Origin: the human T2T-CHM13v2.0 reference genome, Homo sapiens
NCBI RefSeq assembly: GCF_009914755.1
Contig: NC_060928.1
Strand: one strand, 5' to 3'
Length of the DNA stretch: 64,000 bases
The position numbers and the translations under genes are program-made. The notes below the pieces were generated by a model that saw only the letters and a program-made list of their open reading frames with translations, did not search any database and had not been told where the DNA came from. Shown in pieces: positions 28,810-44,445 of the stretch. Each line of letters opens with the position of its first letter. Position 1 is the first letter of the stretch.

Positions 28810-31634
28810 TAAATAAATCTACATCTAGGTATTTTATTCGTTATGTATAAGGTAAAGTATATTTAATGGCACAGTAGAATAAACAGGCTATGATTACAAG
28901 TCCAAAGATTACAAATATGATGATGATATCAAATATATGCACACACAAACACAATCCAACAAAATTCTTGACTCTCTTTCTTTTTTCACCGCTAAAGGTA
29001 GCAAACATTCCTCTGTACCTAGCTCTGAAAACACATCTACAGAAGCAAATGAACTCATCTGCAAAATAAAAAGCACATATCTTTAATTTCTAATGTTTTA
29101 TTATAGATTTTTAAGATACATATTTATTTTTATATTATTAGCTTAAAGAAAGTAAGTCACACAAGAATAAGCTTTTGCATGTCTGCTAAGGTAAATTATT
29201 ATATTATAAGTTTGTTATGAAGTTATAAATAAAACACATATTGTGCTTATGTGAATAAAACCACAGCATAATCGGAGTGCATTTGAAATGCACAGAGTAT
29301 TCTCATTGTTTCAATAAGACAAAAGAAGAACATTACCTATTAGAATTAAAAGCTTGGCCTTCGGCTATCCATTAGTCAAAAATAATTCATCATGAATTAC
29401 TCATTGATTACAAAACAAAATTGTTAAAAAGCAAAGGTGACTAAAATAAACATGTTCCTGGGCCTTTCATTTAATAAGCATTTTGGAATAACTGGAGGCA
29501 AATAAACAAAGTTAAACCCTCACGTGGGAAGACCAGGCTGCCCAACAGCATTGTAGCTTGAGACTCAAAGTTAAAGCCAGCTTCTAAAAAGCCTGTTAGT
29601 CCTACCATCAATATGATAAATTTGGATAAAGATGGTAAAAAAAAAAAAATGTTTTAAGCAGTAAAAATGCAAATATGCCACCTTGGTAAGACAGGATGTC
29701 AGGCAACTTGCCAAAAGAGTTATTTCAAGTCAGTGGCTCAAAGTAGGATTCCAGTCTCCAAACTTTTGTTAGGCTAATTTTCATTAAGAGGATGATTTAT
29801 AAGAGAAGAAAAGGATCTTAAAAATCCCAGAGACAGTGAGTAAAAGTGGAGACTCAAAAGAGCCAAGGAGTACTATAAATCTGTAGAAGCAGAGGGAGAC
29901 ACTCGGGTCAATAGAGGGAAAATTGAAGAGGAAGATAATCCAAAGCTCAACTGTCCAGGGGGCGAGCACAGCCCATAAGGGTGCTAAAAGTAGTACATGA
30001 ATGTGAGCCTAGAAAAGCTACAATTAGATTTTCAAATGATCTCTCTCTCCTTGGTCCATCTTCTCTTATACTTAAAACATTATTTTGACATTTTGTTCTA
30101 CAATTGTATCAATTAGATCTATAGATTTTTTTTTTCAAATCTAGCCTCTATTGTAACGTTGTTAGTAGTTCTCTTTCACACAGATATTGAGTTAACCTTG
30201 ACCAGAACAAAGAAAATGTGGTGTATTTCAGCAATAACAGACGTAACCGTGAAAAGACAGGAGAGAATGTATTATAAACATTCTCAAATTGTATTTTTAA
30301 ACTTTCAGGAAATGAAAAGTCACAAATAGAACTTTTAAATAAGGAGTAGGATGTGTAAGGGCAGGAAGGTAATGGTAATCTATTCTGAATTTGAAACTCC
30401 ATGTGAATATCTACCATATGTGATGATCTTGGATATTGGCAAAGGACATAAAGATGCAACACATGAACCTGATTTGTCCATGTCTTCCAATCTGATTTAA
30501 AAAGTGTTAGAAGGAGTTTGGAGATGATTATTTGAGGCTTAATATTGTCCAAATTTACTGTTTTAGTTCTAGTCATGAGGAAAATTGATCAGACGCAGGT
30601 TTTAACTTATTTTGCTCATATTACTCATGTTGAAATAAGCCAGATAATATATTGAAACACACTCAATATTTGAACCATTTCTCAATATCTGGGCAGTAAC
30701 CATTAAATCAAATTAAATATAAGTACATAGAACAAATTTTAAGGAATTCACTATTATTAATAAAATATACATAAATTATATTACATTGTTGGTAAAAGTA
30801 ACAAAATTTTTAAAGAGACATCCATTTTAAAATGATACTCTGTAAGTACATTTTCAGATAGGTAACTTCATACTTTAGAATTATTTAATTTCTCAGCCAC
30901 TAGATACAAATTGGACCAAAATAGAGAGAGTAAAACTCTTTAACATATAAATTGTCAGATGTGAATGATTTCCATAGGGACAACAAAATAAATTTCTAAA
31001 AAGGAATGGAAAATATGATTCTTGTACTTAAATGACTGATTTTTTATAGACACAATAGAAAATATACTGGTGATTTTGCAAATAAACCAGCATTTCTGTT
31101 TAAATGTATGGTCAGCTCTGATGCTCTTGCAGGCTGTAAGCCTCAGTGTTCCAATGTAGAGTTGCCTCAGGGTAGTGTAGAGACTGCTCTATGTTAACAA
31201 TCAGCAACAGAAAAACGTCAAGAATTGTTCCCATTAGTATTTGGTCAGAACAGTCAAAACGGCACAAAATATGGTTTATTAATGGAGTCAGTATCTCTGG
31301 TTTGCAGTTTTCTATTAAACAGCATGACAAATGTTTTCAAAACTTAGCTAGAATAATAACTGAAATTTCTGTTGTCAGATGTTCAGACTGACACATAGCA
31401 TGATGTTAGAGAAAAATATAAACAAATATTTCTCAAGTAGTTTGTTTTTCAAAACCTTTTTAAGTATGCATACAGTGCTAAGTCCCATTATAGCTACTTG
31501 GTTAAAGTCATTTATTTTACGTATTCATCTACACTGCCTCATTGCTAAACGGGCTTGAGGTTGATGTGCTTGATTTAAAAACAAAACCAAAAATGCATAA
31601 ATATATCTAACACCCTAGCCAGAAGATTCTTTTG
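28810..31634 (-). other. GASK1B: GASK1B 3'UTR (approximate end)
   Basis: Mostly repeat-free AT-rich sequence after the stop codon, up to AATAAA hexamers near 28833 and 28706. The end is inferred from the hexamers, not observed. Confidence 0.65.
28833..28838 (-). terminator. Candidate polyadenylation signal AATAAA (alternatives at 28706-28711, 29097-29102 and proximal 31511-31516)
   Basis: TTTATT on the + strand; positions are consistent with the end of a long terminal exon. Confidence 0.5.
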
Positions 31635-31916
<282 letters not shown>

Positions 31917-34900
31917 TCATTAATCTGTCATAAATCACACTAACAAATGGTATCTTTGAGAACCAAAACATTTTTGTTACTGCCAAGATGACACTTCTCT
32001 TAATAATAATATACTAGAAGAAAGTGTTTCCAGTGAACTGAATATTCTACACCATTCAGAACATGACAGACTTCTTACTTAAGGTCATTCCGTACGCTCA
32101 AACAAAGGCATGGAATTGGAAAGGATTCTATTAGATTGGCAGAAATACTTTTCTTAGTCTTAGGCTCATTTCACCTGTGGAAACCCCTTTAATCTGTCAA
32201 GTAGAACAGTATCCTCAGATGTGTCAAGGTGGGATTTTATGCAAGAAAATATGAGAGACAAATTGATAATGACAACTTCAATAAAGTATTCTGCCTGAAT
32301 AGAAGTTACACAACTGAATTTATGTGAAATAATAAAAAATGTGTGTACTAAAATGAGATAAGATTCATTCAAAAACATCAAATTAAAGAAAGAATTGTCT
32401 CTGAGTCATATTATACTCCTGGAGCTCTGAGGATTTAGGATCATTTTATTTAGCTAGAGTATTAAGATGTTTTCAAATAAATTCAGCAAAACTCAAGTTT
32501 CAGAGAAAAGTTTTAGTTCCACAGTGAAAGTCTCTCTGGAAAACCTAAGACCAATTTAGAGGGGTCTTTGCTGAATTACCTTAAAAGAATGCATTGTGCT
32601 TGCTTTTCTTCGTTTAGAAAGCCAGGAGTCCAGCATATGCATTATCTGAAGGACTTAGCAAAATTTCTAGATCAAAAACATAAGTAATATTTTGCTAAAT
32701 CCCCAATTTGACATTTCTCAACTTTCACTAAAATGCTGATAAAAGCACAGTAAAAATATTGTTTTAAGAGTACATTTCTAATAAACTCAGTTATACCTCA
32801 AAAACTATAGTAAGAACATATATACTTGCTTAAAGAGTACACTTTGTCAGAAATTTCAGGCCTTCTAAGCACCTCTTCCAAATTTCAATGGAGCACAATG
32901 GAGATGGCACAGAGGGTGCCCGAAAGCCAAGGATCAGGTGCTCCAGCAGTTCTGATGCTGCAGAAAGAACAAAGGCCACGGCGCCGGACTTGCTTAATGT
33001 GTGTGAGGAAGTGCGGAATGAAAGAATGTTTATAAGATGCTCTGAGTTCCCTGAAGACATTACTATATAGTTTAGGGCCTCAACTTTAGGGGCTCTAGTA
33101 TTAAGTAGCATTTTTGCTTTATGAAGTGTTAATAATCCATGAATTGTCAATTCTATAGCCCTTCAACTAATTTAGCTGTGGCAGAATGTATGAGATGAAA
33201 TCGTTAAAACCATTAGATCTCTTTAGTGGCTAATCCTTTTCATAAAGGAAAGCAAAAATATTACCTGTCTCTGCACTACATTGATATAATAGTAGGAATA
33301 TTCAGTGCATAAATTGGGGGTTAGAAAAGCCTTCATTTTTGCTTTTCAATGTGTGAATTATATTTTCAAAGAAGATTTAACTTCAAATCCATTACTCCTC
33401 ATAATGCATTTAAATGTAAATCTTCTTTGAAAGAAGAAATAAAGATATTCACATTTACATGAATGTATGAAATGGATGGACTGTATTCTTCAGGCACTCC
33501 TAATTCTAAGAGGGAATTTAGGGATTCAAGAAGACCCTGCGATATCACCTTAGTAAGTGATGTCTTAGGAAAGTAAATTTTCCGATACATAAAATTTCCT
33601 TAGCTTAAAAGAGAGAACCTGCCACATAACCTGCCTTCAATCCACAAAGAGATGTGAGAAACAAGTGTCAACAGGGCAGGACCTGGCAAAAACTTATAAA
33701 ATCATGTCTCATAAAACTCTCATAGCAACAGTATTGCTCTTAATGCTAAAGTACATAAAATCCACACCATGTAAGTAATAGTGTTTAGGAAGAATGATTG
33801 AAATATGCTCCAGAATATTATTAACAAGAATAATAGTAACAGAGCACACCACAGTTACTACAGAATTAGCACCACAGTTATTACAGAAAAAAAAAATACT
33901 GGACTTGGATTTGGAAGACTTGGGTTCTAACCTCAATTTGAGACTTGCTCATGAGGTTTCCAGCAGTCACCTAGCTTCACACAGCTGGTTACCTATTTTA
34001 CCAAAGAACCCTCTATTTTTAGGTCTCCACCCTACCGCAGTCTCTTAGTCAATCTGATTTCTGACTAAGATGGGAAGTATGGAGAGTGGCTCTGCCCACT
34101 AGGCAGTGGAGCTTGAAATCTAGCCACAATTTCCACTGCTGGGGTTGAACAGCTCACACTTTATAGCTGGGTTCTTGCCATTACTAAATGTCTAATTTCC
34201 TTTATTTCCAATAGATGTATGATCAAGTGTGCCATGAGCAACCACTGTGTTTTAACTTCTGCATTGCAGAACTCCTTCTTTGGTTCCCTCTCCACTCAGC
34301 ATTCTTTCTGAGTCTTGTCGGATGTCCCCAGATCTTTGAGATCTTCCCTGAATTCTTGGTCAACCCTAAGTAAATAAATAATTCTTCCCTAACTAGCCTC
34401 CATAAGCCCTCTCTTTCAGGTGTTAGATACTTTTCCCCTTAATCTATGTCTCCTTGAAGGATTTCAAAATGCTGAAAAATCCACCTGCTGAATTCTACAG
34501 CCAGCTTTCCTTTGAGACTATGCCTTACTTACCAGATTGGCTGTCATTTTCCACTGCATTCATAAAAGTCACTTGAGTTCATTATGAATTTAGACATTCT
34601 GCCATGTCAATATTTGCACATCTATTAGTTCTTCCCATGTCCTATCTTATGCCTAATAATGGAGCCTCTGCCACCTGCTTATCCCTGCTCTGCCAAATCC
34701 TATGCCAGAGGTCCCTGCATTCTTCCAACAAAACCCACATGGATTTTCACAATGAGAACCAAGCAACATCATGAATGTGAAATGTAGCATGCACTTTGTA
34801 GGCGGTATTGGTTGTTGATAGAGGCGCTATGGCTGCACTCTGGTTCTGTTCTTCTTGGGTTTGTTTCCTTTCTTGGGTCTCCATTCCCAGATTCCACATT

Positions 34901-35012
34901 CACAATTATTTTCAAGGGTTAAAATGATCAGATGTAAGATGTGAGTTTTCTCAGAACCTTGCTACTTATCTAACATAAATGTGATGTCCTGCAGATGTTA
35001 CTATAAAACTTA

Positions 35013-35366
<354 letters not shown>

Positions 35367-38300
35367 TTAATTAAAGGCAACTGTCAGAACAAGTCCAAGG
35401 TTCATATCCTTCTGACTCAGTCATAGTTATAAGCATTTCCAGCTTCTGCTAATAGATCCAAAGTCAGATTATCCAAGTTAGGCATCTCCACCCTAAATAT
35501 TCAAAGTTCCCACTGACATCACATACAGACACATGGCCAGCACAATCTCTGACTCCATGCACAGCAGAAGAAACACCATTGTACTTCTATGTGTCTGGAA
35601 GGCTCTGTCTTGTTTTCTCCCTCAGGTGGCTTATGGGAAATTGGAGTTACTTCATTGCCACAAAAAGTTTATTGCATCCCCTAGCCTATCTGGACTTCAG
35701 TATTACAGTAAGCTAACTTGAAATCACATAGAAGAAATCTATTGAAAAGATGTGAGACCAAATCATAAAACCTAAAAGCACTATCTAAATGGAGGCCACA
35801 GCTAGATTCTAAACATATGAACAAAATGGGCCTACTGAAGTTTATTATGGGAGTTAAGGATACCACCCTATAGAAGAGGGTAACCAGATTAATTAGAAAA
35901 AGAAGAACTGTTTAATTCCATTTCCTTTGGGTAAGGAAAGAAATAATATTTATGAATCAGGTAAAATAAAGCCTGGGCAAAGGAATCAGATAAATTTAAG
36001 TCAAATCTCTGCTTTCACACTTCTGAGCTCTGCAACCTTGTGTAGATTCCTTTCCATCACCGACTCTCAATGTAAACGCCTGAGTAACAGGAATGATACT
36101 CTTTACCTCGAACACCTGGTAGAAAGATTGATGAAAATATGTGTACACCCTCTGTCCCTGTCCCAAGCATCTATAAGACACTTAAAAAATGAAAACTACT
36201 GTTACTCTTGTTGAAACACACCTACATACCATCCAAAGTTATTTATCTCAAAACAAGCTTCTAAGACAAAGAGTAATTTATCCATTTTAAATGAAGAAAA
36301 ATTCAGCCTCAGAGACATTAAGTAACCTGCCCTGGGTAGAATATTAGTAAGTAAGTAGCAAAGTGAGGATTTAGACGTGGATTTGTTTGTCTCCAAAATT
36401 CCACGATTTTTTTTCCCCAGTACGTCATATTGAATGGTTTTAGGCTAACTAGTCAAAAGATGGCTAGACAGACACTGCCACTTTTATTCTTTTGGTATTA
36501 AATTCCCATCTTTTTCTCATCCTCCTGTGTTTCTGCAGCTCCCATGGAGCTGTCTAGGAGACCAGCTGCTTAGAAAGGGATGCCGAAAAGCAGTGCCAAA
36601 ATTTAGCCTACTTTGGAATGATCATTTATTCATTTATCCAACAAACAGTTATTGAACATCTTCTACATCCTATCAGTGAGCTAGGCACCAAGGCAAATGT
36701 TACCCATGGTCAGCACCTCTCCACCATTACCACTTCCAATGGAAAATTGAAATGGTTATTTAGTTTTCCTTTGCTACCAGAACAAGCTTCAAGAACTGGA
36801 CAAAGGACTTTCTTCTCTGTTTTCTGTATGTAAATGGACTTTGTATCAAATAGCATGCTTGAGATCAAGGATTGTAAGAGAAGTTAGCATAAGCCAATTT
36901 TCTATGAAGTTCATGTAAAGCTGGTCACATGTGTGGCAAGCGAGCGACCAAGCATTTGCACCAGTCAAAGGGTACACTGCTGGCCTAGAAACAGTCACAG
37001 AAAAGGAGGGTTCTGTCAAGATTGGTTCCAAGCCACTGATCCATGGGACCATAAGTCTAACCCATAGTTCATCCAAAAAGTCACATAGACTGACTCCAGG
37101 GAACAGTAAGTTACCACTGCTTGTTAATGTGCATTTGATTGACATGAGAATAAGAAGGTTTCCCAAAGGTGAGCAAGAGTGCCCCAAGCAAATCACTGTA
37201 GGTTAGAATAGCACATGGAATGAAAAAAGCACAAATTAGAAACTTTTAGAGAACTTTATTGAGCCCTTTCTTCTCAATTTCAGTCATTTTACGCAGTACC
37301 TTCACTGACTTTGAGTATAAGAGAAATCAAATGATATAAAAGAGACTGCATCTGATTGCCAATTATTTAAGTTAAGGTCAGAAAGAACATGAAAACTAAC
37401 TTTTCTATAAGCTGCTTCCCACTCAATCACCCCTTTTTTTAAATACACATTAACTAATGATTCTCAGAGAATCTGTGTACCATTTTATCATCATTGTTTT
37501 ATCTAGTTACATTAACATTAAAAATAAAAAAACTTAAATCTTATTTAATTTTGACTAAATATCAAAGTCTATTATATTGGACATATGTGTTTTGAATATA
37601 ACCCGTAAAGAAAATGCTACCAAACATTTCTTAAATGCTTCTTCAAACCCTTAGTTCTTCCATCATTGTGGACTTCATAGTAGTGGGGAAAGGACTAAGA
37701 TACATAACTACATTTGTACTGTTTCTATAACGAAACCATGAATATCATATATTTATGTTAAATAATAAGCTCTTTAGAGATAAGGCCCTTTCAGTACTTC
37801 TGTAAACATTATATTTTTCTATTTTTAAACTACACAAAAGCATTAAAAGTTAAAGGTTGAAAAGATTGATTTAGGTCATCTTTTTATTGCCTTACCAACA
37901 TTAGATTGTTTGCTACAGTGTACTTTTAAAGTACTTCGTCTGATCTAATTTTGAATCACTCAACTGTCTGTGATGATTTCACCACCTCCCTGACAGACTG
38001 TTGTGCCATTCAGATCTAAGAGACATTATTACTGAAAACAGGTGTGTGCATTCAGCCCAACTTCTCTTATAGAAAATGTTGCCACTAATTTTTTTCAGAT
38101 CTATATATGTACTTGATGGGCATATGTGTGTGTGTGTGTGTGTGCGCACGTGCACGAACACTGTGTGTACACCTGCAGATGTAAAATCAGCTGTAAGGTC
38201 TCAAATAATCTAGGTTTTACTTTGTTTTCCTTATGCTCCAACTATAGTAAATTACGTCTTTGTATTATTGCCCTTGTCTAGCAAGGGCTTACGTACCTCT

Positions 38301-39279
38301 TAATTCATGTTCTCTAGCTCTTCTCAGAATTTTGTTTATAGGTTTCCTTTTGAATTCATATTCAATATACCAAAAATAACTTGACCACAAAAACATAATC
38401 TACACCCTTAAATTCAGTGCCATTTTGTTAGGCAGTTAATTTAGTTTTCTATTGAGCATATTTATGCTTACTTTTAAGACAGCTTATCTAATTTTTAAAG
38501 CCTAATAAAGCATATCCTACATAGCTATGAATCCATAATATGGTTTTAATATACTTGTTTAGTGCACACTTAAAACATTCACTTAACTACTGCATGATTA
38601 AGCACTGTAGTGTACATCTATGTGTCTGCGTAGGTAATTATCCTACAAGAAGGCTATTTGGGGATACATTTTGTCAGCTAAGCAATAATGAGTGTTAGTC
38701 CTCATTATTGCTGCTTGTTCAAATTCACATCTTATTCTTTAAAACAGGAATGTCTTTTCCAAAACTAATCTTCTGCATCTTAAAATACTGCCAATCACCA
38801 TTTTCCATAAAATGAGTCTTTCCTTTCTTAGGAAAATACATCTTTTCAATGTTTACCTAACTAAAATTATACTCAGAAAAACCCAGGTGTTCCAGCCAAA
38901 TTTTTTGGTGGTGGTGGTGGGATATTTTTAGATATATTTCCTTCTTCTAAAGTTTTTTTTAATTCCATTTTCCTTTGGTAGTGTTAGTTTTGCATGTAGG
39001 AAAAAAGCATCTCATGAGTGATTCGACTTATGCTTGCAGCACCTACACAAGGGTGCCTCTGCAGCACTGTCCTAGTTCACCAAAACCCATTAGAAATCTG
39101 CAGAAACCTAAAGATGTTCCATCCCTATGCACACTACCCACACCAGCTATGTCTTCAAAAATGGGCCTATCAAGAAATTGTGTCAGTTTCTTCACATCTT
39201 CTTTTTCCTCAAAACAGTATGATTAAATCACTAATTTCAGGCAATGCTTGGATGAAGGCAATAAAAAGTACTATATTTT

Positions 39280-39575
<296 letters not shown>

Positions 39576-39639
39576 CTATATTTTTATTTTATTTATATAT
39601 ATAAAATGCTGCTAATATTAATAATAAAAATATTAATAG

Positions 39640-39890
39640 CAGTTTTATATTGAGTGTTTAGTATGTGCCAGGAACTGTATACTTAATGCTTCACATGTAT
39701 TATTTCATTTAATCCTCATAGTAACCTTAAGACATAGGTGATACCAATAGTCTCATTTGATAAATGAGGAAACTGAGGCAGAAAAGGGCTAGTTGACCTC
39801 CCCAAGGCCTCTCAACTCTTAAATGACACAACTCAGGATTCCAGTCCAGGTATCTACAGCTTTAAAGTCCATGCTCTTATCCATCCTGAT
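39640..39890. mobile_element. MIR
   Basis: tttaatcctcat...gataaatgaggaaactgaggca. Confidence 0.75.
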
Positions 39891-40469
39891 TGTATCTCTC
39901 GGGGGTAGTCTCCAAAACGATACTGCAAAAAGGAGGCGCATTTGTGTAGAACGTTAAATGATACTGAATTTAAAATATTAGTTATAAAGGTTTCGTCAGA
40001 AATACAAAGAACTTCCGTAGGATTTCAGAGAAAAGCTCATGAAGGAGATGACATTACAGTTAAATTTTAAGAGCCAGGCAGTGTTAGCTAAAAACCAGGC
40101 AAAGGCATGGAGGTAAGAAATCCAAAGGCATCTTTAGAGATACAATAAGTGTATTTGGCCAGTGCTTCTCTATGTAGACTATTGTTTTGTTTAAAAAAAT
40201 GATTAATCATCAGAGAAATAAAGTTTTTGAAATGGAAAATACCAGATAAACATCTTGTTAGATTCAGCAGGCAAAATTATTCTATCAAATTATTATCAAA
40301 GTTTCTAAATGCTTACTTGTAACTTTGCATTATCTCATCATGAACTGGTATAAAGTGGCATGGGTCCTTGGATCCTACTGTGAGTGGCGCAATAGGAGAC
40401 CACATTACTGAGAGTAAGGGCAACATTAGGGCAGGTAGTCAGATAGAAAGGTGAAGAAGGGTATTGTTA

Positions 40470-40610
40470 GCTAGGTGCAGTTATGTGCACCTACGGTCCC
40501 AGCTACTCAAGAGGCTGAGACAGGAGAATTGCTTGAGCCCAGGAGTTCAAATCGAGCCTGGGCAACATAGCAGGACCCCCAGAAAATGCACTGTGCCTAT
40601 AAAAAAAAAA
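40470..40610 (+). mobile_element. Alu monomer (FLAM-like)
   Basis: cccagctactc...ttgcttgagcccaggagttc...cctgggcaacatagc followed by an A-run. Confidence 0.75.
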
Positions 40611-43600
40611 GCTAAAAATTTTTTATGTGTCTGCAAGTTTCATTTTTATTTTCTCATGCAGAGCTGGAAGAAAGGTTGAAGGCAAGGGGGTAGGGCATCA
40701 GGTGAAAACAGTAAAAGAATGACAACTAAAGGAAACACAGGCAGAATGTGCTTGACAGCTAAAAACAGGGTAAAATGAGGATGTTCTTCCTAACATAGGT
40801 AGGAAATTCCCATCATCCAAATGTTATTCTCATTCAAATCTGTTAGTTAAATTAGATAAACTTCTGTTTTTCCACCTCTTTAAGGGTCTAAGTGAGGGTA
40901 TAATCACAAGTGTGTATGTAGGTGTGTGTGTTTCTGGTTTGGTAAGTCAGCATCTTAAGATCCTCACCATCTCTTTTCAAATGATTTGTTTTTAGCATTT
41001 AAAAACTGCATCTTTAGAAAGAAGAATGCATATCAGAGAGAAAGTATAAATATGCAATAAGACATGTGATTGGTGGAATTTAACATTCACCATAGTATTT
41101 CACCCAATGCCTAGCACATAGTAGGTACTCAATAAATGTTTGTTATTGAATGAACCCTGCTGAAAGTTGGCACCCACTTTGTATTTGGCTATTTACAATG
41201 CTCCTCCAAAGCACTGTTTTGTATTGGGAAGAGTCAAATAAACCAAAGGATGGTGGCTTATCAAGATAACGGATTTTTTTAAATGCAGCATACACTGAAT
41301 AAAGTGCAAAAAAAATTGAACAGGCCAAATAATGGAATGGCCTGTGCTTGTTGTGTGCTTTTGGTTAGTTTCTTTATGTGGGTTTAAATTAACTAACCAT
41401 GGATAACGAATTCTCATATCTCACAGAGGGTCCGCCATAATGCCATGTATGTAATAGGCATTCAATAAATACATACTAGGCAGGTTGACAGAAATAACCA
41501 AAGGAAATGCTTTTCTATAATTAGCAGTTTTCTGGAAGATTTCTTTCAATCCAAGTTACCTCATTGGATATCTCATTTAGAAAAAAGTTCCATTTTCAAC
41601 AATTATTTTAATTATTTCAAAAAGGGAAAAAGACAGTGAGAATCGTTATCATTACCAGCATCCCTTCAGACAGACAGATGCAAAAACACATGGACTTATT
41701 TGTTTATCAGCTAATAACTTACACTGGAAAATCCCTTTACATGAATTTGTCTTGATGAAAACCACTGTATGGTTGCCATATTATCAATAGAACTAGAGTT
41801 GGCCCCATGTAGTCTAATGAGTGTATAAAGGGACACTAGATTGTAGAGAATGCAACCTCGGACAAATCCCACAATCCCATGGCACTTGTTAATATAGACA
41901 CAGCCTCTTGCTTGGGGAGCTATACAAAGCAAAAGCCCACAGTATTCCCCCCTGCTCCACCCCCGCCAGCATCTGTATCACCTGCGAACTCTCACCGCAT
42001 AAAATAATGAATTTCATTTTTGTTCTCTGCTGCCATGACACCAGGTGCCTGTTAAATTAGTGAGCATGCATATTTGACTTGAAGAGCAGTTGATGAATGA
42101 AGAGAAATGTAAAAATAGTCTGCAATATAGAAATCTAAAAATGGGCATAGGCTTCCTTGTGCCTCTGCCTCTGTAAAGAGCATTCATTGCTCTATTCCAC
42201 CTCTACTTTAGAATTCCATGTTTAAAAATAAATGTCAGTGTATACCAACCCAGGGAAGAATCTCTAGTTTCTTCCACATTAATAAATGGCACGTAATGAC
42301 ACAGTATTTCTTTACGTATAAGTAAAAGTATTCTAAGGTTATTATACATTTGGATCGATTTCTATAGCTGCAATGTTTAAAATCCATATACTGCACCTCT
42401 CAATAAGAACCAGAAGCCAAACATCACTATGCCACAGAAAGACTGGAGTCACCAGGCAAGCAACAATCTATTTTTGGAGAAAGAAAATTTATGTTCTATA
42501 ATTTGCACAAGCAGAGATACACGAAAATAGTCTCTGTCAAAGACACATCCATTTTCCTGTAAAGATTTAAAAAGAACACTCAGACTAAAAAAAAATTTTT
42601 GCATTTTATGAAATTCTGATTTATAGAATGAATTGCTATTAGGCAATAAATTTAACATGGAAATGAAATAACCTTACTGTAATAAAATTTTTAAATGCTT
42701 TCTTCAGTGAAGTAAAGCACCACTATTTGGAACTAAATCTATAAAATCAAATTAGAAACAAGTAAAACATGTTCATTTATATCTGAAGGAATAGTATCAC
42801 TGAAAACCTTCTTTTGCTTAACTTGATGTGTATTACTTTTATTATTAATATAGAATTTCTATCAATTTTTTTCTATAATATAGATTTTTAAAGGAAAATG
42901 ACAAAAATAAGTAAAGATAAGCTAAATGACTATATTAAAACTCAGTTTTGGTTATGGTTAACAGAACCTAATGTAGCAAACAAATCTAATAGCTATTTTA
43001 ACTTACACTTTTTTACAAAAATCAGTTCTCTTTTGAAAAAATAAATTAATTTTGACAGCCTAATTATTTTCTGGCCACTAAAAATAAATTTTGCTTTTAT
43101 GAGTTAAACTTTTCTTAAAAATTACTTTTACATATACATATAGAATTTTCCCTTCTATGTTTCTATACTTCTTGGGTTAGAAAACAGCTACAAAATCAAG
43201 CCCTTTAAATAACCTTGCTAAAATATTTCAGAACTCTGCTATAGCACTTTACATTAAAAGTTCCTAATCATCAAAATAATCCAGAATAGTATATATTTTT
43301 CCCATATTACAATTGAAGAAAAATGTTCAGAGAGGATAGCAACCTGCCTAAGGAGATAAAACGAGTGACTCGTGTGGATTTCAAAAACATCCGCCTGCCT
43401 ACCACGATGCTTCCCCTGCTAGAAAAGACAAAGTTCTTGCTTTCATGAAGATTACAACTTAATGCCTCTAAGAATGATTCACTGGGTATTCTCTATAGCA
43501 ACCAGCATTATACTTTATACAGTGCAGGTACTTTATAAATGTTTGTTGAAAGAAATCAAAGAACGCATACCAGCTCCACTCAGCTCACTCATTGAAACAG

Positions 43601-43770
43601 AATGCAGATAGCTATCTACTAAAAGGTCTGTTTTCCCCTACCCATCCTTTTGTGGCAATCTCAAAATCTTAAAATCACAGAATCTTAGAATCACAGAAAT
43701 GTAATACCTTTGAAGTTACTAGATCTTATATAGACAAAAGGGAGTTTATTTCAGAAAAGATAACCTAGAG

Positions 43771-44445
43771 CAGTGGTCTTCAAACTTTTGATTTTAGAAT
43801 TCTTTGACACTCTTAAAAATTACTGAGGACCCCCTAAGAGTATTCATTTGTGGTTATTTACCATATTAAATGAAAAATTAAAGCCAAGAATTTAAAAAAT
43901 AAGTATGCATTAAATTCATATAAAAATAATCTATCATATGTTAATATAAATAAGATATTTTAAAGGAACTTGCTATGCTTTCCAAACAAATGAGAGAAGT
44001 GGAATTGTTCTTTCAAGTTAAAATGGCATTTAATGAAAAAAGCAGCTAGTTCAGCTCACAATTCAAACAATTACATAAGTGGTTTCCTCAAGACAACCAT
44101 TGCACTATGGGATACAGTCGATGTGCTTTACACATTCTCATTTTGTCACACAGGATATTAAAAAGACAGGGACTTACAGGTAGAGATTTTTAAAAATTAA
44201 TAGATTTGCATTGCTTCAAGAAAAATTTTAAGGGAATCTGGCATTTATTTCATGTGCTATTTTTCTTCCTGTGACTGCAGTGGCAGTGAAGAGTACAATG
44301 ACCACCGGTATAGTTTGGTGCCTGCCTTTATTCATGCTAAAGCATCAACAGATTTAACCACTACTGCATATATCAACACTGAAAAAAGTGAAAAACCAAA
44401 GGTCTCAGTATTACTGTGAAAATAGTTTTGCCCTTATGGACTCGC
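43771..44445. mobile_element. Charlie1-like hAT DNA transposon remnant
   Basis: Terminus cagtggtcttcaaacttttg...acactcttaaaaattactgaggacccc; opposite-end motif tattactgtgaaaatagttttg. Confidence 0.65.

Noticed and set aside
30148-30576. 142-aa minus-strand ORF in the 3'UTR
   Set aside because: No recognisable protein features; consistent with a chance ORF.
35908-38980. Similar ~23-mers (tttaattccattt(t)cctttgg) at ~35911 and ~38958
   Set aside because: Short and AT-rich with no extended homology; plausibly chance.
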